Shown here: piece by piece, positions 27,388 through 39,436 of the stretch
Numbering within the stretch: the stretch's first letter is position 1
Layout of the letters: every line of letters begins with the position of its first letter
Assembly (NCBI RefSeq): GCF_009914755.1
Contig: NC_060928.1
DNA: 64,000 bases
Source of the DNA: the human T2T-CHM13v2.0 reference genome, Homo sapiens
Strand: one strand, 5' to 3'
Position numbers and translations under genes: made by a program
Notes under the pieces: generated by a model
The model's input: the letters and a program-made list of their open reading frames with translations, nothing else
The model's database searches: none
What the model was told of the DNA's origin: nothing

Positions 27388-28492
27388 CACTCTTGAAATG
27401 CTATTTTCCACTGGCTTCTAGAAAATCATACTCTCCTTATTTTCCCCCAGCTTACTGACTCTTTCTCTGCACTTGTCATAAAAGCAGGAGTGTGTGAAGA
27501 CTGTGCTCTGGGCCTCCTTCACTTTTCAGACAATTTACTTTACTTAAGTGTTCCCACCGAGTCCCATGGTTGTAAAGAGCATCTTCTGACTGTTTTTAAC
27601 ACCTAAATCTGTACCTCCAGCCCTAACCCCATCTTCCCACTTGACATCTCCCTGGGACATCTAACAGACATCTCAAACTCTCCACGGCCAAAACTCTTGA
27701 GTTTGCTATGGATGCCCACTGCTCCCCTAGTGGTCCCCATCTCAGGAAATGACCCATCAGTACTATTCCTCACATCTCAAATCCAGGCATTATCATTGTC
27801 TTCTCTCTTCCTTTCACCATACATATGGCATTCCCCAACCAGTCCTGTCAATCTACCTCCACAACATCCATTACCTCCTTCCAGCTTTCTTATTACTATT
27901 GTAGTCCAAGCCACCATCACACCTCACCTGAACAACAGTAAGAGCCTCCTAGACAGACTCCTGCCCATCCTCTATTCCATTCTTTACACAGCAAGATGAA
28001 CATTTTCAAAAAGGCAAATCATACCATATTATCCTTCTGCTTAAAATCCTTCCTGGCCCCTATTATACCTGCAGTTAAATGTTTTACTCTGGCTTACACA
28101 GCCATACAAGACTGGCTTCTTCCCATCTGTTTTGTCTTTTAATGCCCACTCCATTGCTCACTCACTTTCTTACTCGTCCTCTCTGCCAGAAATGTTTTGC
28201 CCCTTAGTTTCTCCACATCTGGCACTTTCTTTTTTTTCAGTTTCAATCTAAATAGCATGTCTTCCTCACCACCCATTCTAAGAATGCCTTAGTCACTTCT
28301 TGTCATGTAACACTAAACTTATTTATCTGCATAACATTAAGACTTCTCCTAATCCCACAGTTTTCCTGTGTGTATATTGGTTTTCCACCTATCTCTCCCT
28401 GGAAGCCTCATCTAACATCTTTGCCATGCTGTCCTACCACCTAGAACAGTGCCAAACATAACTTCTTAGGCCCTCAGTACATTCTTTGAAAT
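27388..28492 (+). mobile_element. L2 LINE fragment
   Basis: cttgacatctccctgggacatctaacagacatctcaaact, gtccaagccaccatca, ctgcttaaaatccttc, ctagaacagtgcc. Confidence 0.8.
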
Positions 28493-29263
28493 ATGACACT
28501 AATAATCTTGGTGCCCATAATTCCCTCCAGGCCTGTCTCAAAGGTTATGGTACACTGTTTAGTTTGAAAAAGAGGTGGACAAAACTGATAGAACACCTTT
28601 CCTCATACAACCCCTGCTTGAAACCACATTTTTTTTCATTTCACAGATGCACTGAACGGTACAATTGCCTTCGTGGTCATAAGTATGCTCCAGGAGCCAC
28701 ATGGCCAGGCTCTGGCACCATGGAAGAGCATGCAAGGCACCCCTCTGCTAGAAAACAGACATTCCAGTGTTTCTCAGGTAAGACTTGCTTATTGTGGCTG
28801 TGTAAGAGGCATCCAAGTGACAAAAACCTATGTTTAATCCATTATATGACCATTCCCAAATTATCATTCTTTGCTCTTTCACAATCTGGTATTTTACCAT
28901 GCCTGTGTAGAGGTAGTTTTTACTTTGTCTTACAGAATCTTTTCTGAGGCTTTCACTGATGCCAACACCACTAATAAACATAAGAATTGTCATGATTACA
29001 CCATCTAAGAAACTCCATGGCAAACTAAAATCTGTGGCAAATGTCCTACTACTGCAAAAGTGTAGACTCCATGAAGCTTCTCTCAATCAAAATTGCAGGT
29101 CCATTTCCAGCCGGGTGCCTTGTGCCACCCCGAGCATCTCTCACACCTGTCTTGCTAGAAAGGCCTTCAAGAGAGTACCAAGAGGAGAAACCAAATATAC
29201 AAAAACAGCATACCAATGATTCCACACATCACTACCCCCAAAATAGGAATAAATGGGAGCAAT

Positions 29264-29397
29264 AGAAAGAGGAGGAGGAGGAGGAGAGCAGGGAAGGAAG
29301 GAAGGAAGGAAGGAAGGAAGGCAGGCAGGCAGGCAGGCAAAAAGAAGAGAAGAGAAGAGAAGAGAAGAGAAGAGAAGAGAAGAGAAGAGAAGAGAAA
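29264..29397. repeat. Compound purine STR (GAG)n-(GGAA)7-(GGCA)5-(AAGAG)10
   Basis: Read directly. Confidence 0.97.
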
Positions 29398-30192
29398 TTT
29401 GCAACAGATAAGAATATCCTTAACACTAACCTACAGTTTCTATTATTTTCACTGTTGAAACAGACTGCAGACAAGTAAAAGGATAGCATACCCTTTCATG
29501 AAATCATCTACAGGCCTTTGGGAGTGTCAAAGCCTAATGCTGGCCAGAGAAGTTGGCCAGGTATCTAAAACAGGAGAAGATCAAGTCTGGCCCAATCCTG
29601 GCTGAATCTTAGATTCCTGAAGGTCAAATAACATTCAGCACAAACTGACTGCCTGGATAAAGTGCACCTGAGCTACTCAGAACAAATGTCAGGGGAAAAA
29701 AAGTTGATAATGAGAAAAGAATGACACAAATTTCTCAATAATGTCTGAGGTCATTTCTTACTAGAAGATTCCAAAATGGAAGCAAACCATGAGTATAATA
29801 GACTGATCACCAATCAAAAGAAAATACATAAAATCTACATTTTAAAAGATAGGCATGGAAGCACTAGTGGAAAAGCTAGCCCTGGCCCAGCGCCAACATA
29901 TTTAGAAAGAAGGCCAGCTCCATTTCATGACGTAAATTGAACATTTTTCAGATCCAAAATTTGTAACTACAGACACAGAAATAGACTGACACTAAGGGGA
30001 AAAAAGTTTGTTACACTTACTGATTCCAAACTTTCAAAGTAATGAAACCAAAACCAAAACCCAATATATCTCTGACAAGATTTTTCATAAATTATATACG
30101 TTAAAGGAAATATGATTGACCCATTATATTCATATATAAATGAAGCATTATTGGAGATTTTAAATTGTTAAACAATAGCTTTAAAGTTTGGA

Positions 30193-30498
30193 GGCCAGGC
30201 ACAGTGGCTCATGCCTGTAATTCCAACACTTTGAAAGGCCAAAATTTGAGGATTGCTTGAGCCCACGAGTTTAAGAGCAACCAAAGCAACATAATGAGAC
30301 CCCCTTCTCTATAAAAAATTAGCCAAACATGGTGGTGGACACCTGTAATCCAAGCTACTCAGGAGACTTAGGTGGGAGGATGCTTGAGCACAGGAGGTCA
30401 AGGCTACAATGAGCTGTGATCCTGCCACTGCACTCCATGCACTCCAGCCTGAGTGAGACCCAGTTTCAAACAATAACAACAACAACAACAATAATAAA
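30193..30498 (+). mobile_element. AluJ with (AAC)n tail
   Basis: J-type gattgcttgagccc and ggtcaaggctacaatgagc, internal tgcactcca duplication, TSD-like aaagtttg(g/c)a. Confidence 0.9.
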
Positions 30499-31734
30499 AG
30501 TTTGCATGTTCCTTTCCCTTTACAGGAAGTCACATTTATAAAAACAGAATCTGAATACAAAAATAAAAGCTTATGCTTTACTAGAAAGTATTGACCAGCT
30601 CTACACTTCACAAAATGTGTTATCTATAGCAATAGACATGTTATAATACGTATAAGTTTATAATTTATTTTTATTATTAACATAATATAATATAAAATAT
30701 AATAAGTATAGTTGGGATATGTATACTAGTCAAAGAACATATTTAGGGTATTGCTTTCATAAAACAGATCTTTTTCTTTCTTATAAACAAAACTGGCCCA
30801 ATTACCTCAAAAAAGTACAAGCCAGAACTCAGGTGACTTATGTTTCAAATTGCTTCTAGATATAATTGTATGCTTGAAATGCCATTGTCTGGTTGGGAGC
30901 AGTTGAGTTAGAACATGAATCTATCAGCAAGGTCGACCCTTCTTTTGAAACTGCTTCAACAACCAGTCTCCATCTTTCAACTTAAGTTTCTTAGTAAATC
31001 AAATTCAGTACTGGACTGGGTCACTACAGCTCTCATAATACACAGGCAGTCTTGAGCTGATTTCGTGCATCAGGGATTCTGCAGTATGGCTGGTCTGAAC
31101 CACACAGTCCTACAAATTGGGCAGGTTCCCTGGGCTTTGGTACCTGCCCACCACTTCCTTCAAAGCATCTCTCCTACAACCTAAAACCACTATCTTGGTT
31201 CTAACTATTTACTTGTGTCAAATAGCCAAATACCATTCTACTAGGTTTTTAGTTGATGATCTCTGAAGGGATGTATCGGAGTCTATCTCAAAGAACACTA
31301 AACAAGAAGAATGTTTTCTAAAAAATGCAGCAGTAGGGGTAGGGGTATGAAAACTGCCCCTGGATCCACGCTACATACTTCATCTCTGCTCAGAGATTTG
31401 CTATTACATTTGCATCTCAAAAGAGCTGGAGAATCCTACTATACTAGAAACCTGATTGCTTAAACAAATGTACTCCCAAACATATGTGGCCACAGGCCAT
31501 TGCTTTATTATATTATATATTTTTTCCATTTATTAACATTCTAAAAAACATAGAGAAATTCTGATTTATCAGTCCTCTGAGTAGCATCTGCATTTATTAG
31601 AGGTTCCTGACTAATCTTTGATAATATTTCAGACACTATGGCTGGTAGTAGTAGAAACAGCTGTAGTCAGAGAACCAATCCTGAGGCATCTCAAATCATT
31701 CATTCCCAACAGTGACATAGTCGGCTTGCTGTTA

Positions 31735-31956
31735 AAAATAACAGCTAATATTTATTAAGAGTTTACTGTGTAACATTCATTATTCCAAGTATTTTACATA
31801 TATTAAGACATGCAAACTACCCAACAATCCAGCAAGTCAGTACTATGTGTTATCCCTGTTAGACAGATGAGGAAACTGAGCACAAAAAGGTTACATCACT
31901 TGCCATAGGTAACATGGTTAGTATGTGGTGGAACAGGGATTCAAGTCCAAGCAATC
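31735..31956 (-). mobile_element. MIR SINE
   Basis: Core acagatgaggaaactgagcac...ggttacatcacttgcc...gggattcaagtcca. Confidence 0.85.
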
Positions 31957-33628
31957 ATATCTAGTAAAGATTTAAAATTAGATAAATTTATTTGATTAGA
32001 TAATAATCCTTTGGAGAACAAGCAAGTAACACAAATACAAAGTGCTATGGTCCCAGTATATAGAGGCCATCCTCAGGATGGGTACTTGTTAATTTTTTTC
32101 TGTATTTGTGATAAAAGTAGCTTATAACAAGGATAAAAAAGTAGGCCTAAACAGAGACAACTCATGGAAATTAAGTCATAATAAGTTTAAGTAAGGTGCC
32201 AACTGAACATCAGGAGTTAAAAGCAGGAGAGGCTCCCCTCTGCAACATATTTATATTATACTATATTATATTATATGTAAAAAATATATATATATACGTA
32301 TACATAGGGAGAAAGTGCATATGCACAAACTTTTTATCCAACAGTGAAGAAAGGAAGTAACTGGATAGATTTTTGACTGTAGATTTGCTTGAAAGCAAAT
32401 TCACACACTTCTGAACCTGTATAATAAAGATGAGTAAAAATAATATTTTATGCTCATTCACAAAGATTAGAAAGCAACTTCAATAAAAATACTGATGAAA
32501 TAAGTTAAATTCTATATTTCAAACTCAAAAGGACTGTTCATTTTATTTTTTATTGTTTTGATTTTTTATTATAATACATTATTGCATACAGTTACTGAAA
32601 TATTAAGCTTTATTCTAATAATGACCTTTGACTTAAGTATTTTTGGTTTTACAGATAAGTTAGTTGTAAAATAATCTCCTGTTGAAAGGACTAGAATAAA
32701 TTAATAAAATCCAAAGATATAAAAAGTTATAATTAGAAAATATAATAATTTGTGTAAGTAAAATAGAAGGGCATGTTTGGGTTTGAACCACCCCACACCA
32801 AGTGTAAACTGCTGAAAAGTGGTTTGTAGTAGTTTGGCTTTGAGTCTGAATAGAAAGCCCGACAAGTTCAGTTTTCTCATTTACAAAATTAGAATTGGTT
32901 CATGGCAATAATTAGATGGTACATGCTTGGCACATGCTTGAAATGTAGCACTTGACACTAGCTAATATTATTATTGTTGTTCTTGCCCATTATTAGGCCT
33001 TCTCCTTGGCAATATCTCATCTTAATTCAAAAATTACCTTTGTAAAATACAATAGGTTGAAGAAGACCAGGAGAAGGATATTAACAACACTAGGAGGATC
33101 AAAGAGAGAAACAGTACACAGTGCCCAGCCTGGAAGTGTATGAGCAGTGGAGGAGAAACAGGGTTTGAAGCCTATGAAGCCAGAATCTGGGCTGTGGACA
33201 AGTCTTCCAATCCTTACTTTAAAACTGTAGGTGAGGGAACTGGTTCTCATCAATACTTAGTCAAAATGGAAATTTACCCTTGTCAGAAATATATTTGATA
33301 ATTCAACATCATAATGAACAAATAACAAAATTTAAACACACTGTATTGATTTTTATGAGAAATGTATGAGACTGAATTCATCAGAATTCCTGTTTGTAAG
33401 GAACAAACCAACAGCAGCACTACAAACAAATGATGATGACTATATGCACATGTTTTATGCATCTCAATTATCAATAATAAAAATCAAAATCTGAACAATG
33501 ATAGAAGAAAAACTGAGTTAACTTTTTATTCTCTCTACAAAAATGATATTTCAAAATCATTGATAAGCAAAGAAGCGATTAAAGTATAAGAGCCAACAAA
33601 TATAGAAAAAACTTAGAAATATGTTGGA

Positions 33629-34020
33629 TAAAGAAAATGTGGCACATATAACACCATGAAATACAATGCAGCCATAAAAAAGATAGGTTCATGTCCTTTG
33701 CAGGGACATGGATGAAGCTGGAAACCATCATTCTCAGCAAACTAACACAGGAACAGAAAACCAAACACCACATGTTCTCACTGGTATGTGGGAGTTGAAC
33801 AATGAGAACATATGGACACAGGGAGGGGAACATCACGCACCAGGGCCTATTGGGGGTGGGGAACTATGGGAGCGATAGCATTAGGAGAAATACCTAATGT
33901 AGATGATGGGTTGATGGGTGCAGCAAACCATCATGGTACGTGTATAGCTATGCAACAAACCTGCACATTCTGCACATGTATCCCAGAACTTAAAGTATTA
34001 AAAAAAAAAAAAAGAAAGAA
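33629..34020 (+). mobile_element. 5'-truncated L1PA (about PA7) 3' end
   Basis: Perfect 14-bp TSD agaaatatgttgga at 33615-33628 and 34021-34034, TT/AGAA endonuclease site, A-tail. Confidence 0.95.
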
Positions 34021-34162
34021 AGAAATATGTTGGACAGTTTCTTTAAAAAGATTACCTTTCTTCCGGATTTTTTGATGTTAGTGATATCTGTCGGCTTTAT
34101 CAAATTTGTAATTTTTACAATTTTTTTCTCAGACTAAAGAAATATTCACCATTGTAACTACT

Positions 34163-35793
34163 TATATATATATATATTTTGTGTCTATATATTTTACATA
34201 TAGTATATACAGTGTATATACTATATATTTTATATATAGTATATACACTGTATATACTATATATATTTTATATATAGTATATACACTGTATATATACTAT
34301 ATATATTTTATATATAGTATATATACAGTGTATATACTATATATATTTTATATATAGTATATATACTATATATATGTATTTTATATAGTATATATACTAT
34401 ATATATTTTATATATAGTATATATACTATATATATTTTATATATAGTATATATACTATATATATTTTATATATAGTATATATACTATATATATTTTATAT
34501 ATAGTATATATACTATATATATTTTATATATAGTATATATACTGTATATACTATATATATTTTATATATAGTATATATACTGTATATACTATATATATTT
34601 TATATATAGTATATATACTGTATATACTATATATATTTTATATATATTTTATATATAGTATGTACTCTATATATTTTATATATAGTATGTACTCTATATA
34701 TTTTATATATAGTATGTACTCTATATATTTTATATATAGTATGTACTCTATATATTTTATATATAGTATGTACTATATATTTTATATATAGTATGTACTA
34801 TATATTTTATATATAGTATGTACTATATATATTTTATATATAGTATGTACTATATATATTTTATATATAGTATGTACATTGTATATACTATATATATATT
34901 TTATGTATAGTATGTACTATATATATTTTATGTATAGTATGTACATTGTATATACTATATATATATTTTATGTATAGTATGTACTATATATATTTTATGT
35001 ATAGTATATATACTGCATGTACTATATATATTTTATGTATAGTATATATACTGTATGTACTATATATATTTTATGTATAGTATATATACTGTATGTACTA
35101 TATATATTTTATGTATAGTATATATACTGTATGTACTATATATATTTTATGTATAGTATATATACTGTATGTACTATATATATTTTATGTATAGTATATA
35201 TACTGTATGTACTATATATATTTTATGTATAGTATATATACTGTATGTACTATATATATTTTATGTATAGTATATATACTGTATGTACTATATATATTTT
35301 ATGTATAGTATATATACTGTATGTACTATATATATTTTATGTATAGTATATATACTGTATGTACTATATATATTTTATGTATAGTATATATACTGTATGT
35401 ACTATATATATTTTATGTATAGTATATATACTGTATGTACTATATATATTTTATGTATAGTATATATACTGTATATACTATATATATTTTATGTATAGTA
35501 TATATACTGTATATACTATATATATTTTATGTATAGTATATATACTGTATATACTATATATATTTTATGTATAGTATATATACTGTATATACTATATATA
35601 TTTTATGTATAGTATATATACTGTATATACTATATATATTTTATGTATAGTATATATACTGTATATACTATATATATTTTATATATAGTATATATACTGT
35701 ATATTTTATATATAGTATATAGTATACAATATATAGTATATATAGTATATATATTATAGATTTTATATATAGTATATATATAACATATATATA
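34163..35793. repeat. TA-rich palindromic minisatellite (27-, 29- and 38-bp units), about 1.6 kb
   Basis: 38-mer agtatatatactgtatgtactatatatattttatgtat in about 18 copies; 29-mer agtatatatactatatatattttatatat. Confidence 0.97.
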
Positions 35794-38700
35794 GTTCTAT
35801 TCACTTCTCTAAAATGTAATCTGCAAAATTATACAAGTTTCTGGCTCCACAAAACCTAAATCCACCCATGATGATAGTATAACCTTCACCAGCAGCATCT
35901 GTGAATGAGCTGTTTAAATATCTGCTATATCATACAAAGGATAAATATATTTTAAATTATTTCTAAAAGTACTTACATCTGCCAAAAATGCCGCATAACT
36001 CACATAGGCACCCACTAATTCCTACCAGAGTTCATTTCCTCATGATCCCTACCTTTCCCCTAAGCTAACATTTGGGGAGAAACTGGGAAGCAAGCTTGCA
36101 TACTATGCTGCACAGAATGGTAGGCTCCTCTTTAATTGGGGGTGCATTCTTTACATTTGTGTGTTTGCATCTTCATTTGTTCTGCTTTTAAACAGAGCAC
36201 TCCCTATATAGTGCCCCAAGCCAACACAGGGAGGGACTACAAAGGATTAAAAGACAAAAGAAAGTCTTTGAGAAACTTGTTAAAGTGAACATATTCAAAG
36301 TGGCATTTATTGGAAGATCGTAGTCTTAAGTTTGTAGAAATCATCATGGAAGGAAGTCACCCAAAATATAAGTAGAGATCTTTGAGGTGTAGGGATGTGA
36401 GCATTTTTTTCTTCTTCTATGATTAAAATATCTTTTAGTATTTCTAAATACCACATGAAATAAAGATGTGCTACATTTATAATAGAAATTAAAATTAGTA
36501 AACAAAGTGAGCTTTGTTTGGTAACCTGAAATGTTCTACATTATAAGCAAATTTTATCAGGTTCCGGTTGCTTATTGCCCATAGGCATAACCTACAAGAA
36601 ACTGGCAGGACATAACAAAAATTAAAGATAAACCATTTTACATTTATGGGTTGAAAACCATTAAACACATAAATGACAGTAATAGCACTTTAATTGACTT
36701 GTAGTATAAGGGAATAAAATCTTAAGAGGTTTGGAATATTCAGTGGTCTAGTATTAGTCAGGCAGAAAGGAATGAGAACTACCTCAAATTAGATATTACA
36801 TGATTCTTTGAACTAGTTACATTTTTAGATGTTTTACTGTAAATAGAAGTGGTCGTTTTACTTTAAATAAAATGCGGTTGTTCCTAGATATGTCATTAAA
36901 ACTGGGAGACAACAAAAGATGGTTCTGTTACCAATAAACAAACATTTATTGAGGACTTGCAGTTTGTTAAAAACTTTGCCTGCTCTAACCCTAGCCTGTA
37001 GGTCCACGATTATTCCATTTTATCCTGAATTGTAAAAATGAAACAGCTAACCAGTGGCAGGTCTAAGGTAGAAAGATTCCACAGCATGGGTTGTTTACTA
37101 CATGATACTGTCTTCTTAGAATTATGAAAGACTGATTCAAAACAAACTACTAAGTTTTATCCTTAAAATGTATAGAATATTTTATACCCTTCTTTCATAC
37201 TCTCTTGTTTTGTTGTTGTTGTTGTTGTTTATGAAGTAAACTCATTATCTCTGTTAGACAATTATAAGAAAGGCAGGTTGCTGTGACTCATCTTTGGAGG
37301 GGATGAGGCAAAGTGAAAACAGTTTGGGAGATTAAAGGACAGATAGCCCCTGGCACTGATTTTCTGCTTCCGTTTCTTCAGCAGTAACTAGTCTATTCCA
37401 GAGTGACATGGTAGCAGGGTTTTAACTGAGCGCATCTAGAGCTGGTAATATTTGGAGATGGAGGTGATGGCCCAGGTGATAATGAAGAGAAATAAAACTT
37501 AGGAATTCCTGTTTTACTGTTAGGAAGGAAGACAGAACTCTAGGACCATATTTTAGATTATTACAGTATAGTACATGCATCACTGAACTAACAGGTTTCA
37601 AATAGTAAGTTCATAGCAGCCAATCATCCCAGAGCCTTAAAGTCTCCAAATTTTAGTCTCTCTCTGTCTTTAAAATATGGCCATTTATGCAACTAAAGAA
37701 TAAGCAATCACGATGTTAATTAAAAAAAAAGTCCATGTCATCATTGCTTAAAAATAGCAAGCAAAAAAATGCTTAGAGTTAGACATAGGAAATTGACAGA
37801 AGAATAGGAACAGAAATTATGGTAAAAATAGGCATCTAAGAGGTCTGGTATTTAAGTTAAGTGGTTAAATAAATGCAGATGACAAGGTTTTAAGAATAGG
37901 GATGTTTTAAAACTTTCTTAGGGTCCAGTTTTCTTTTTAGATACTTGAATGAATGGTGAAATGGATAATTCAATGAATAACTGAATGAATGATGAAAATG
38001 ATGAATTCAAAAAAAAACACAGTGACATAATTTTTCACACACCACTCCCAACCTATGATTCCCTGAAGCCCTCTCCATGGTCCTCAGGCTAAAAACTTCT
38101 AAGGTAAATAATAATCATGATTATAAATAGGCATTTGTTGAATATCTCCACATATCAGAAAGAGTTTCTACTCGTAAGTGCCACACCATTTTCAGTAAGA
38201 ACAAGGCTGAATGTAACCAGGACCTAGAAAGAACACTTAAATATTCTTCACTGGTGACCACAAAAATGACCCGATTTTATCAAGCTCAGTTTAAACAACA
38301 TTCCCCATAGCACAGCAATTGACAAAAACTGGCAAAGCACAGGAAATATTAATGAAAATGCTAACAAAAAAACAATTTTGTATACAAAAAGTTCTTTTTA
38401 CTTCTGAAAAACATTTTACATACTGTAAACCATTAATTATACACAACAAATATTAGATAAAGATATCAGAAATGTTTGGGGCCATAATCAAGTTTATTTT
38501 GATTAAGTTCTGTGTTAAGTGAAAGATGAGGACTCTGTTTACAAAAGAAGCCCAAAGTTAGGGAACAGACAAATCAGGGAGTGAAGCTTAGAGCAAATCA
38601 GTTAACTGCTTGCTCTGTGTAGAGATATTGGAAGATGGCTTTCCCAGCATAGATCAATACCTGGTTATCAAGAACACTTTGGATAAGAATTTAAAATTTA

Positions 38701-38814
38701 TTTGCTAAATATTTCAATTCCGAGATGGCCATACAAATACACAATTAGAAAGAGAGAGTCTTCTAAAAAGAAATCCTTAGCAATAAACGCAAATTATCAA
38801 AACCAATGTACTTA

Positions 38815-39012
38815 GCATAGAATCATGATTAAGAGCGTGAGGTTTAGACAGACTCAAGTCTGAACAGTTTTTCTACCTCTGGGCTAGTTTTATTTAATTT
38901 CCCAAAGCTTCAGTTCCACCATCTATGAAAAAGGAATAATAACAAGATTGAGAAAATGTACAGGAAATCCAGTACTTTGTACATATAAAAATCTCAAAAT
39001 GTAGCTATTATT
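38815..39012 (+). mobile_element. MIR SINE
   Basis: gattaagagcgtgagg...gcttcagttccaccatctatgaaaaaggaataataac. Confidence 0.65.
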
Positions 39013-39087
39013 ACCAATAGTTAGCATTCTAATATCAACAAAAAGACTATTATCTAAGGGTTACATAACCAGGGAAAGGTTTGAGTA

Positions 39088-39436
39088 AAGGTCAAGTATC
39101 CCTTATCTGAAATGCTTGGAACCAGAAGTTTCCCAGATTTTGGATTTTTTCGGATTTTGGAATACTTGCATATATGTAATGAGATATCTTGGGAATGGGA
39201 CCCAAATCTGAACATAGAATTCATTTACATTTCATATATATCTTATACACATAGCCTGAAAGTAACCTTATACAATTTTTAAATAATTTTGTACATGAAA
39301 CAAAGTTTTGACTGTGACTCATCACATAAGTTCAGGTGCGAAATTTTCCACCCATACTGTCATATCAGAGATCAAAATGTTTCAGATTTTGGAACATATC
39401 AGATTTTGGATTTTTAAATTAGGAATTCCCAACCTG
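39088..39436. mobile_element. Tigger4 (MER46-type) MITE, copy 2, opposite orientation to copy 1
   Basis: gtatcccttatctgaaatgcttggaaccagaag...cccaacctg. Confidence 0.85.

Larger units (their letters stand above)
33465..35870. mobile_element. Second Zaphod-like hAT 3' fragment, split by an L1PA and the TA VNTR
   Basis: Homologous to about 27010-27385 (tcaataataaaaat...gaagc; end acaagtttctggctccacaaaacctaaatccacccatg). Confidence 0.6.

Noticed and set aside
27721-27733. CTCF-like CCACTAGGGGAGC on the minus strand
   Set aside because: Core spacing is off by one base and it lies inside an L2.
32919-32939. p53-like double CATG element
   Set aside because: Both half-sites have a mismatch plus a spacer; explained by an 11-bp slippage duplication in MIR-like sequence.
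34163-35793. 38-bp repeats as a CRISPR-like array
   Set aside because: Units are contiguous with no unique spacers, there are no cas genes, and the context is eukaryotic.
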